Assembly (NCBI RefSeq): GCF_054482595.1
Contig: NZ_CM137008.1
DNA: 64,000 bases
Reading direction: 5' to 3' (one strand)
Position numbers and translations under genes: made by a program. How positions within the stretch are numbered: the first letter of the stretch is position 1; every line of letters begins with the position of its first letter. The notes beneath the pieces were generated by a model that saw only the letters and a list, made by a program, of their open reading frames with translations, was not told the DNA's origin and did no database searches. Below are positions 45,196-55,644 of the stretch, piece after piece.

Positions 45196-46650
45196 TTAAC
45201 CTATGGTTTTTTGCTCTCCTGTTTTTTCTGCTGTTGTACGTTTCTTTAATAAGGCGTAGGCCGCAAAGGCGACGATGACGCCGACAAACCATGAAACACG
45301 CGATAACGGTTCCATTAAGGGAATAAACTTACCGCCAAGAGATAAAATAACGGCCACCAGAGTTACTGAAAACGCGGTGAGGTTAAAACCGTTATCGTAA
45401 TATTTATAATCGCCAGGTGCGGTGTACAGTTCATCAAGATTAATTTGCCCACGCATCACCACAAAATAATGCGCCATCATGACACCAATTACCGGCCCCA
45501 GCATTCCGCCGATAATATCGAGGAACAGATAAATACTGTCCTGATTTTCCATTAATTTCCACGGGCAGATCAGCAGACTGATAATACTGGCAATCAGTAC
45601 GCCGTTTTTATAGGTCAGTTTTGTCGGTGCAATGGCAGCAATCTGATAACCGGCCGGAATAATATTACCGGTGGCGTTAGTGGAGATAGTCGTCATCAGA
45701 ATAACCAGTACCGCAAAGAACGAGGCGAACAAGCTGTCCCAACGCTGAACAATATCCAGCACGTTCCAGGTGTCAGCGCCGTAATGAATACTGGCTCCGG
45801 CAATAATACATACCCCCGCGACCGCAAACAGAATATAGGCCACAACTAAACCCAGCGTTTGCCCCAGCGCTTGCTCACGAAACGAGTGGGCGTTTTGCGT
45901 AAAGTCGGATGCGCTCACCGCCGGTGCCGCCCAGACCGCAACTACCGCGTTAATCACCACCAGGAACAAGAATCCACTGTTTTCTGCTTTCTGAATACCG
46001 CTCGGAATGTAGTCAAAGATTGGACCGAGCCCGACCAGCGAAATCGCCCAAATCGCCATACCGCCGAAAACGATATAGATGCACGGGTTAAGAATGGCAG
46101 TGAATTTATTTAAAACTTTGCCACCGCCAAAACCTATACCAACGTTGACCAGCCAGAAGAGTAAGAAAGTAATTAAGCCCGGTAGAGAAAGGCCTAACAG
46201 AGTGAAATCACCACCGAGAGTCAAAAATCCCGGCCAGATTTTGCCAATCAGAATCAAGCAGGCCAGTGACCCTGCGTAACATTGCAGGCCAAACCACATA
46301 ATGGCAGCAATACCGCCTCTTAATAATCCGGGAAACAGTGCGCCACGTACGCCGTAAGAAGCACGCAGGATCATGGCAAACGGTACGCCGTATTTACTGC
46401 CCGCAGCACCGTTTAATACCATTACCGCGGCAATGAAAAAGGCGCTGAGGATAATTGCCAGCATAATACTAAAGGTAGACAAGCCGAGAATAAAAAAGCC
46501 GCCGACCATCACATAATTGGGAACGTTATGAACCGAACCCATCCATAAGGTAAAATAGTTAAATGTTTTCCAGGTCCGCTGGCTTTGCGTTTTCGGCAAT
46601 AGATCTTCGCTATAGCCGCGTTGCTGGAATAGTTTTCTCTGATGTTCCAT
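45196..46650 (-). CDS. ybbW: Allantoin permease YbbW/AllP (NCS1 family)
   Basis: 484-aa polytopic membrane ORF immediately upstream of allB. Confidence 0.85.
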   Translation of the reverse strand: MEHQRKLFQQRGYSEDLLPKTQSQRTWKTFNYFTLWMGSVHNVPNYVMVGGFFILGLSTFSIMLAIILSAFFIAAVMVLNGAAGSKYGVPFAMILRASYGVRGALFPGLLRGGIAAIMWFGLQCYAGSLACLILIGKIWPGFLTLGGDFTLLGLSLPGLITFLLFWLVNVGIGFGGGKVLNKFTAILNPCIYIVFGGMAIWAISLVGLGPIFDYIPSGIQKAENSGFLFLVVINAVVAVWAAPAVSASDFTQNAHSFREQALGQTLGLVVAYILFAVAGVCIIAGASIHYGADTWNVLDIVQRWDSLFASFFAVLVILMTTISTNATGNIIPAGYQIAAIAPTKLTYKNGVLIASIISLLICPWKLMENQDSIYLFLDIIGGMLGPVIGVMMAHYFVVMRGQINLDELYTAPGDYKYYDNGFNLTAFSVTLVAVILSLGGKFIPLMEPLSRVSWFVGVIVAFAAYALLKKRTTAEKTGEQKTIG

Positions 46651-46818
46651 AAATCCCTCTTAATTTCACGTATCGAATAACGTTGTTTTAATCTAGCTAT
46701 GAGGAACAAATAAAATAAAAATATTATTTTTAATACTGAAGCAACATCTTTGGCTGCTTTCTTTTTTAATATTGCTGGCCGATTCATTTTCTGATATCGG
46801 CCATTTTTATTGCGGGTA

Positions 46819-47697
46819 TCAGGCCAGTTTATGATTCGCCATTAATTCCAGCGCCTGCACTAACGCAGAGTGATCCAACTGGCTGCCACCGTTTGCCGCA
46901 CAGGTATTAAATAACTCCTGGCAGGTCGCGGTGTTTGGCAGGTTCAGCGCCAGTGCCTTCGCACTTTGCAGTGCCAGGTTGAGATCTTTCTGGTGCAGCG
47001 CAATTTTGAAACCTGGATTAAAGGTGCGTTTAATCATACGCTCGCCATGAACTTCCAGAATACGTGAGGAAGCAAAGCCGCCCATCAGCGCCTGGCGCAC
47101 ACGTACCGGGTCCGCACCGGCTTTTGAAGCAAATAGCAGGGCTTCAGAAACCGCTTCAATATTGAGCGCCACGATAATCTGATTTGCCACTTTGCAGGTT
47201 TGACCGTCGCCGTTACCGCCCACGAGGGTGATATTTTTACCGAGCAATTCAAACAGCGGTTTAACACGTTCAAATACCGCTTCGTCGCCGCCAACCATAA
47301 TCGACAACGTCCCTTCACGCGCGCCGATTTCACCGCCGGAGACTGGCGCATCGAGATAATCACCACCCAGTTCATTCACCTGACGAGCGAAACGTTTAGT
47401 TTCAATCGGTGAAATGGAGCTCATATCAACAATGGTTTTGCCCTTCAGCGAGGCTTTGGTACAACCATTTTCACCAAACAGAACTTCTTCAACCTGAGGT
47501 GTGTCCGGCACCATAATAAAAATGATGTCCGCTGCTTCCGTTACCTGGCGCGCGGTGTCGACATTAACAGCACCGAGTGACAGTAATTCATCAGCAACCG
47601 GTCCAATGGTCGTGACATGCAGTTGATGACCGGCACGCGCCAGATTAATGGCCATCGGTGTACCCATAATGCCTAAGCCAATAAATCCCAGTTTCAT
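46819..47697 (-). CDS. glxR: Tartronate semialdehyde reductase GlxR
   Basis: 292-aa ORF with an N-terminal Rossmann motif (MKLGFIGLGIMGTPMA) of the 3-hydroxyisobutyrate dehydrogenase family. Confidence 0.9.
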   Translation of the reverse strand: MKLGFIGLGIMGTPMAINLARAGHQLHVTTIGPVADELLSLGAVNVDTARQVTEAADIIFIMVPDTPQVEEVLFGENGCTKASLKGKTIVDMSSISPIETKRFARQVNELGGDYLDAPVSGGEIGAREGTLSIMVGGDEAVFERVKPLFELLGKNITLVGGNGDGQTCKVANQIIVALNIEAVSEALLFASKAGADPVRVRQALMGGFASSRILEVHGERMIKRTFNPGFKIALHQKDLNLALQSAKALALNLPNTATCQELFNTCAANGGSQLDHSALVQALELMANHKLA

Positions 47698-47796
47698 AAT
47701 TAACCTCTTTTAAATTTTGCTTTTCCTGGATTCAGACAACACGATCCCCTGCCAACTTAGCGGCCTAAAAAAGCATTGCCTGAACAGCGTTACGTT

Positions 47797-48573
47797 TTAA
47801 CGGTACGGATCCATCCAGCGTAAACCGGCTTCCGTGGTGGTTTGGGGTTTATATTCACAACCAACCCAACCGTTGTAGTCAGAATTTTCGATTACCTTAA
47901 AGAGATAATCATAATTAATTTCTCCGGTCCCCGGTTCGCCGCGATGCGGATTATCGGCAATTTGCAGGTGACCAATTTTATCGGCCCACTGAGTCATGGT
48001 GTTGGTTAATTCACCTTCCATCCGCTGCATGTGATAAATGTCATACTGAATTTTCAAATTGCAGCAACCAACATCATCAATCAATTTCAGCGCCTGCCGA
48101 GTTCCGGTGAGATGGAAACCAGGAATATCAAAATGGTTAATAGGTTCAATCAGTAATAAAATATCTTCTTTCATCAGCATATTCGCGGCATAACGCAGGT
48201 TTTCTACAAGCGTTGCGTGAATCTGTTCACTGCTGAAACCAGTCGGCGTTTTACCGACCAGACAGTTAATTTTTTTATTACCCAGCGCACGAGCATAACG
48301 AATCGCTGCTGCTACGCCATCCCGAAACTCTTCTTCACGGCCAGGAATACAGGCAATACCCCGCTCGCCCGCCGCCCAGTCACCTGCCGGTAAATTGTGC
48401 AGCGTATGTTCGAGTTTATTACTCGCCAGTACCTGTTTTAATTCTTCAATGTCGTAGTCATAAGGAAACATAAATTCAACGCCGCGAAAACCACACTGCG
48501 CAGCTTTCTCAAAACGGGCGAGAAAATCATATTCACCAAATAACATCGATAAATTAGCAGAGAAACGTAACAT
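47797..48573 (-). CDS. hyi: Hydroxypyruvate isomerase Hyi
   Basis: 258-aa ORF MLRFSANLSMLFGEYDFLARFEKAAQCGF... (xylose isomerase-like TIM barrel). Confidence 0.9.
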   Translation of the reverse strand: MLRFSANLSMLFGEYDFLARFEKAAQCGFRGVEFMFPYDYDIEELKQVLASNKLEHTLHNLPAGDWAAGERGIACIPGREEEFRDGVAAAIRYARALGNKKINCLVGKTPTGFSSEQIHATLVENLRYAANMLMKEDILLLIEPINHFDIPGFHLTGTRQALKLIDDVGCCNLKIQYDIYHMQRMEGELTNTMTQWADKIGHLQIADNPHRGEPGTGEINYDYLFKVIENSDYNGWVGCEYKPQTTTEAGLRWMDPYR

Positions 48574-48585
48574 TATTTATCTCCC

Positions 48586-50367
48586 TTATTCATAGTGCAT
48601 GAAGCAGGTTTCAGTCGGTGCATCCGCTGCGTTATCGGCGATATCTTCAAATTCCATGACGTTATCCAGTTCGCTGCCCATCGAAATATTTGTCACACGC
48701 TCGAGAATAACTTCCACGACTACCGGTACCCGATATTGCGCCATTAAGGCTTTCGCCTGTTCAAAGGCCGGTGCAATATCTTCCGGTTTGAAGACGCGAA
48801 TAGCTTTACAACCTAAACCTTCCGCTACTTTTACGTGGTCGACGCCGTAACCGTTCACTTCGCTGGAGTTGATATTCTCGAAAGCGAGTTGCACGCAGTA
48901 GTCCATGTCAAAGGCGCGTTGTGACTGACGAATCAGACCGAGATAGGCGTTGTTAACCAGCACATGGATGTACGGAATGTTGAACTGCGCGCCAACGGCT
49001 AACTCTTCAATCAGGAACTGGAAGTCGAAGTCACCGGAAATCGCCACCACATTGCGTTTCGGATCAGCGGCACAAACCCCCAGCGCCGCCGGAATCGTCC
49101 AGCCTAACGGACCAGCCTGACCACAGTTGATCCAGTGGCGGTCTTTAAAGACATGCAGCATTTGTGCCGCAGCGATTTGTGACAGACCAATGGTGGTGAC
49201 ATAACAAACATCGCGACCAAAGGCTTTGTTCATCTCTTCATACACGCGCTGCGGTTTCACCGGCACGTTGTCGAAGTGGGTTTTGCGCAGCAAAGTGCGT
49301 TTGCGCTGCTGGCAGTCGGCGACCCATTCTTTACGACACGGCAGACGACCCGCTTTTTGCATCTCCTGCGCCACTTCAACCAGCAGTGTCAGCGCCGCTT
49401 TAGCATCAGAGACAATGCCGAGATCCGGACACAGCACGCGGCCAATTTGCGTCGGCTCAATATCGATATGAACGATTTTGCGCCCTTCGGTGTATTTCTC
49501 TACCGAACCGGTATGACGGTTAGCAAAACGGTTACCGATACCAAACACCATGTCGGACGCCAGCAGCGTTGCGTTACCGTAACGATGCGCGGTTTGCAGA
49601 CCGACCATCCCGGCCATCAGTTCATGATCGTCCGGGATACAGCCCCAGCCCATCAGCGTTGGGATCACCGGAACGCTGGTCAGTTCAGCAAACTGTTGTA
49701 ACAGTGCAGCTGCGTCAGCATTGATTACCCCGCCCCCGGCAACAATCACCGGACGTTCGGCCTGGATTAACATTTCTACAGCTTTTTCGATCTGCATACG
49801 GCTGGCAGCAGGTTTGTAGACCGGCAGCGGTTCGTACATGTCAGGATCAAACTCGATTTCCGCAACCTGAACGTCGAACGGTAAATCCACCAGTACCGGA
49901 CCCGGACGACCAGAACGCATCAGGTGAAATGCCTGTTGCAGCACGCGAGGCACCAGCGCCGCTTCACGAACTGTAACCGCCATTTTGCTGACCGGTTTAG
50001 CAATTGCTTCAATATCTACGGCCTGAAAATCTTCTTTATGCAGACGGGCGCGCGGAGCCTGGCCGGTAATGCACAGAATAGGAATGGAATCAGCAGAAGC
50101 AGAATAGAGCGCGGTGATCATGTCCGTGCCCGCAGGACCGGAAGTCCCCAGACATACGCCGATATTCCCTGCCGTTGCGCGGGTATAACCTTCCGCCATG
50201 TGCGAAGCACCTTCCACATGACGCGCCAGAATGTGACGAATACCGCCGTGCTTACGCATCGCTGAGTAGAACGGATTGATTGCAGCTCCCGGAACACCGA
50301 AGGCGGTGGTGATACCTTCTTTCTCCAGCACATACATTGCCGCGTCAACGGCTCTCATTTTTGCCAT
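48586..50367 (-). CDS. gcl: Glyoxylate carboligase Gcl
   Basis: The 623-aa ORF is an upstream over-extension; the real start is Met31 ([19 protein letters not shown]...), giving 593 aa; ThDP-dependent enzyme. Confidence 0.92.
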
Positions 50368-50387
50368 TTTATTCCTACCTCTATTTA

Positions 50388-50404
50388 TTGGAAAATTTTT
50401 CCAA
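50388..50404. promoter_or_regulatory. AllR-type operator in the gcl promoter
   Basis: Perfect 17-bp palindrome ttggaaaatttttccaa about 20 bp upstream of the gcl start codon. Confidence 0.7.
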
Positions 50405-50456
50405 CTTTCAAATTTTGTCAAAAAAACCCGCTCCGCAGAGCGGGATGCGACAGACA

Positions 50457-51272
50457 TTATGGATGTGCTTTCAGTCCCAACGCCGTGCTGATATCGCGGG
50501 CGGTGTCTCTGACCAGCTCACCCTGACTGACAAAACGGTCTTCTGTCAGTCTTGATGAAGGCCCGGAGATGGAGATAGCGGCAACAACGCTACCTACATC
50601 ATCGTAAATTGCTGAAGCTATGCAATTCAGACCTACAACATGCTCTTCTTTATCTACGGTATAGCCCAGTTCACGCGCTTGTTCCAGGTCCTTCAGCAAG
50701 GTGGGCATATCCACAAACGTAGTTGGCGTAAACTGCTGCAAACCGGTTTGCAGAATGATGCTCATCAACTCCTCTTCCGCCAGCGGATAAAGCAGCGCTT
50801 TGCCCGCACCGGAAGCATGCAGTGGCAGACGACTGCCCAGTGGCGCACACATCCTGACCATCGATTTACACTCTAACTGACCAATTAATACCGCTTCATT
50901 GCCGTTACGGATCGCGACATTGACCGTTTCGCCGGAAAGTAACATCAGGCGGCGCATAAACGGCCCGGCGACGGAGAGGACATCGCGGTTATGGATGTAC
51001 GCTGCACCGACGTTAAAGACACCTAATCCTATATGCCACCAGCCTAACTGACTGTCCTGATAGACAAAATCCGCTGCCTGTAAAACCTTCAGCAAGCGAA
51101 AGGTCGTGGAGAGCGGCAAATCCAGATTGAGAGAAATATCGCTAACCGACGAACTTCCCCCACTTTTTTCCAGATATTGCAGAATCGCAATTCCCCGCTC
51201 TAATGCCTGTGCGCCCTTCTGTGCCACAGGCTCCGCCTGTCCTGGCCTGCCGCGCCGTCTAACTTCCGTCAT
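50457..51272 (-). CDS. allR: Allantoin/glyoxylate repressor AllR (IclR family)
   Basis: 271-aa ORF with an N-terminal HTH and IclR effector domain. Confidence 0.9.
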
Positions 51273-51349
51273 ACCTACGTTAACTCCGACCTACAAGTGA
51301 GCATAAACAATGAACAATTAGTTTATCTTATGCAAGTCGGTTGCAGGCG

Positions 51350-51832
51350 TCACGCAAAACAGAGTTCCTGTTCAGGAATACTTTCAACATCACAGTTGTC
51401 ACTGCCGCCGCGATCGATGGTCAGAAAATCGGTGACGCGCTGCCAGGCGAAAAGTGGGTGATGCCAGACGTTACGATGGTAATTCACTCCCTGTTCGCCG
51501 TTGGTAATAAACGCCCGCAGGGTTGACAGGTCTGGTTTGTCGTCACCTAACGCCACGACCACCACAAACACCTCACCTTTCATCGGGATAAAGGCCTGAG
51601 TACCCAGCGGATGACGTTCGAGTTCGTGAATGGTCAGCGGCAGATTCGCCGGTTGCGCGCGGTTAATGCTGATAAGCGTACGGTCTTGCTCAAGAATCTC
51701 AACCAGCGCCAAATCGTGGTAACGCTCCACCAGGCCATTGTTAATATGGAAAAAATCCCGTTGCTGCGTTTCGATTACGTCGCCATAAGCACTAAAGGCT
51801 TCCTGACTTAACGGTAATACCTGAAGTTTCAT
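51350..51832 (-). CDS. allA: Ureidoglycolate lyase AllA
   Basis: 160-aa [24 protein letters not shown]... Confidence 0.88.
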
Positions 51833-51937
51833 CTTTTTGTCCTTGTAACATAATTCCGTTCAACCAGCGCCGACCGGTCAGCTTGGTTTCAATAACAGGC
51901 AATCTAAAACCTTAAGAGAACAACATCAATACAAAAG

Positions 51938-51954
51938 TTGGAATATTTTTCCAA
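51938..51954. promoter_or_regulatory. AllR-type operator in the allA-allS divergent region
   Basis: 17-bp palindrome ttggaatatttttccaa, a near-copy of the gcl-promoter palindrome, in the 229-bp allA/allS intergenic region. Confidence 0.7.
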
Positions 51955-52061
51955 AACTAGATTTAGTCCACAAATTGAACAGGGTTATCATGTAAAAATA
52001 CTGATAAATCAGAGGATAAGAAAATCACGCAACTTGCGGATTTAAAAGGGGATACCTGAAG

Positions 52062-52988
52062 ATGTTCGATCCAGAAACCTTGCGGACTTTCATTGCGGTT
52101 GCTGAAACAGGAAGTTTTTCAAAAGCGGCAGAACGATTATGTAAAACCACGGCGACGATCAGTTATCGCATTAAACTTCTGGAAGAGAATACCGGAGTAG
52201 CGCTGTTTTTCCGTACGACTCGCAGCGTGACGTTGACAGCGGCTGGCGAGCATCTACTTTCCCAGGCCAGAGACTGGCTGAGCTGGCTGGAAAGTATGCC
52301 AAGCGAGCTGCAACAGGTGAATGATGGCGTGGAACGCCAGGTGAATATTGTCATCAACAACCTGCTCTACACCCCCCAGGCCGTCGCCCAGTTGCTGGCG
52401 TGGCTGAATGAACGTTACCCCTTTACCCAGTTTCACATCTCCCGACAAATCTATATGGGCGTCTGGGACTCGCTATTGTACGAAGGTTTTGCGCTGGCTA
52501 TCGGCGTCACGGGAACTGAGGCGCTGGCAAATACCTTTAGTCTTGATCCCTTAGGATCGGTGCAATGGCGATTTGTCATGGCGGCGGATCATCCGCTGGC
52601 GAACGTTGAAGAGCCGCTAACAGAAGCGCAGTTGCGGCGCTTTCCGGCGGTCAATATTGAAGACAGCGCCCGCACCTTAACCAAACGCGTCGCCTGGCGA
52701 TTGCCAGGGCAAAAAGAGATTATTGTTCCCGATATGGAAACGAAAATCGCCGCCCATCTGGCGGGCGTTGGCATTGGTTTTTTGCCAAAATCACTTTGCC
52801 AGTCAATGATCGATAATCAACAACTGGTCAGCCGGGTAATCCCAACGATGCGCCCTCCTTCGCCATTGAGTCTGGCATGGCGCAAATTTGGCAGCGGCAA
52901 AGCGGTAGAAGATATTGTGACCTTGTTTACCCAGCGCAGGCCGGAAATCAGCGGATTTTTAGAAATTTTCGGCAACCCACGCAGTTAA
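52062..52988 (+). CDS. allS: LysR-family activator AllS
   Basis: 308-aa ORF with an N-terminal LysR HTH; divergent from allA. Confidence 0.88.
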   Translation: MFDPETLRTFIAVAETGSFSKAAERLCKTTATISYRIKLLEENTGVALFFRTTRSVTLTAAGEHLLSQARDWLSWLESMPSELQQVNDGVERQVNIVINNLLYTPQAVAQLLAWLNERYPFTQFHISRQIYMGVWDSLLYEGFALAIGVTGTEALANTFSLDPLGSVQWRFVMAADHPLANVEEPLTEAQLRRFPAVNIEDSARTLTKRVAWRLPGQKEIIVPDMETKIAAHLAGVGIGFLPKSLCQSMIDNQQLVSRVIPTMRPPSPLSLAWRKFGSGKAVEDIVTLFTQRRPEISGFLEIFGNPRS

Positions 52989-53041
52989 AAATCAAGTTTC
53001 CTTGCGCGTTGGCGCGTAAAATAGCGCGCAAGCTGATTTGA

Positions 53042-54151
<1,110 letters not shown>

Positions 54152-54230
54152 TGAGGGACGTATTTGTATTAGTCGCGACTTGATCTGACACATGGCCTTG
54201 AAAGGTTGAGAGTTACCGGTTTTGATATGA

Positions 54231-54638
54231 GTGTCGAATCCTTATCCAAAACAAGAGGTAACTCTCATGCTTCATACTGCCAATCCCGTCATCAAACACA
54301 AAGCCGGTTTGCTCAATCTGGCTGAAGAACTCAGCAACGTATCAAAAGCCTGTAAAATCATGGGCGTTTCGCGTGATACGTTTTATCGTTACCGCGAACT
54401 GGTCGCTGAAGGCGGTGTGGATGCGCAGATTAATCGTAGTCGCCGCGCTCCTAACCTTAAGAACCGTACCGATGAGGCAACTGAACAGGCTGTTGTTGAT
54501 TACGCCGTCGCTTTCCCGACACATGGTCAGCACCGGGCCAGCAACGAGCTGCGTAAACAGGGGGTTTTTATCTCCGACAGTGGTGTCCGTTCTGTCTGGT
54601 TACTCCATAACCTTGAGAATCTCAAAAGACGATACTGA
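54231..54638 (+). pseudogene. Truncated transposase-like ORF (N-terminal HTH only); IS remnant, possibly ylbG-like
   Basis: 135-aa ORF with an HTH (LSNVSKACKIMGVSRDTFYRYRELV) typical of IS-transposase N-termini; no catalytic domain follows and no terminal inverted repeats were recognised. Confidence 0.5.
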
Positions 54639-54689
54639 ACAAATTTTATCAGGTGACGTTCCGTAAAAAGTTGTATGGAGTTCTCGATG

Positions 54690-54790
54690 CAGTCGGCGCG
54701 ACTATCAGTACCCCCGCTGAACCCTGGACTATCGGGCCGCCGTACTGGGGCATGTCACCCTGGCGTGCCGCTGGTTTTCCGCTAATGGTT
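54690..54790 (-). pseudogene. Orphan rhs 5' fragment (about 100 bp homologous to the start of the full rhs gene)
   Basis: Minus-strand sequence attagcggaaaaccagcggcacgccagggtgacatgccccagtacggcggcccgatagtccagggttcagcggg... is about 85% identical to the rhs start at 59730-59827; ATG is replaced by ATT and homology is lost after about 33 codons. Confidence 0.7.
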
Positions 54791-55152
54791 TATTTCCTCT
54801 TTCTTTCCCGGCAAGAATTTATTTTAATCCGGAAGGATTATTTATTTTCAGATAGGGACTCACATTAAACACGTAACATTTTAATTAATGCATGGCTGAA
54901 TATGTATTACACAATGTCAGATATCGTAAAAGACCAGTGCAATTCTATGTAAACTCTCTGACTGTTCATTTTATTTGTTGCTTCAGGGTCGGAACTCACC
55001 CTCAATAAACAACTGAATACGAGTAGATATTCATCGTCTGAGCTATATGGCTTTACACAATAGCCGACATGTCTTTTCTCAGTCAGGATTTTTACTTTTC
55101 CTCACTACGAAGTTGACGACTTCGATATGGGATAGACTCTTAATTCAAGCAA

Positions 55153-55644
55153 TTACTCTGCACAAGCATCAGGCAATCCAGCTCCAATATTTGTTATAAA
55201 ATAATGCGTAACATTAATTTCACCAACAAAAAAAAGATTTACGCTATCCCCTTGCCCTGGTATTTTACCATATTTACACCACACTTTTTTTGTATCTGGA
55301 TCATTCTTTGATACGATTTTCGCCACTTGTTCCCTGGCCCTCACCGTCAATGTTTTCTTAAACCTCCCCCCATCATCGATTGTTAGGGAAAAATAAGAAA
55401 AAAAATAATCATCTTCTACATTTGTGGATATTGATATATCCACCGCTACGTGCGGAAAAAAATCTGGGAGCCATGTAAAAACTCCATCATTTTCTGGTAT
55501 TGCCATATAGTTTATGTAATGCTTACTTACAAGAGATTCATCTTTGTGTAAATAAAGATAAGTAGTCACGCATAAAAAAACAACGATTATAATAGCAAAA
55601 ATAAATATTACCATCTTTGAGATGTTACTTGAGATAGCCACCAT
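55153..55644 (-). CDS. Putative Rhs immunity protein (RhsI-like), small protein with N-terminal TM helix
   Basis: 163-aa ORF immediately downstream of the rhs toxin tip; the ORF start overlaps the rhs stop by 20 bp, or an alternative Met11 start lies just after it; hydrophobic N-terminus ([22 protein letters not shown]); low GC like the toxin tip. Confidence 0.6.
   Translation of the reverse strand: MVAISSNISKMVIFIFAIIIVVFLCVTTYLYLHKDESLVSKHYINYMAIPENDGVFTWLPDFFPHVAVDISISTNVEDDYFFSYFSLTIDDGGRFKKTLTVRAREQVAKIVSKNDPDTKKVWCKYGKIPGQGDSVNLFFVGEINVTHYFITNIGAGLPDACAE

Noticed and set aside
46650-46818. Possible terminator or small RNA between ybbW and glxR
   Set aside because: Inverted repeats are present (ggccgat...atcggcc) but are not followed by a convincing T-tract in the orientation of the flanking minus-strand genes; I could not support a specific call.
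48586-50457. gcl as a 623-aa protein abutting allR
   Set aside because: The first 30 codons are an in-frame upstream extension; the conserved N-terminus begins at Met31 (MAKMRAV...), and the AllR-type palindrome lies within the false extension.
54653-54868. 71-aa ORF as an independent gene
   Set aside because: It is the reverse-strand reading of the rhs 5' remnant and flanking junk, so it is an artefact.
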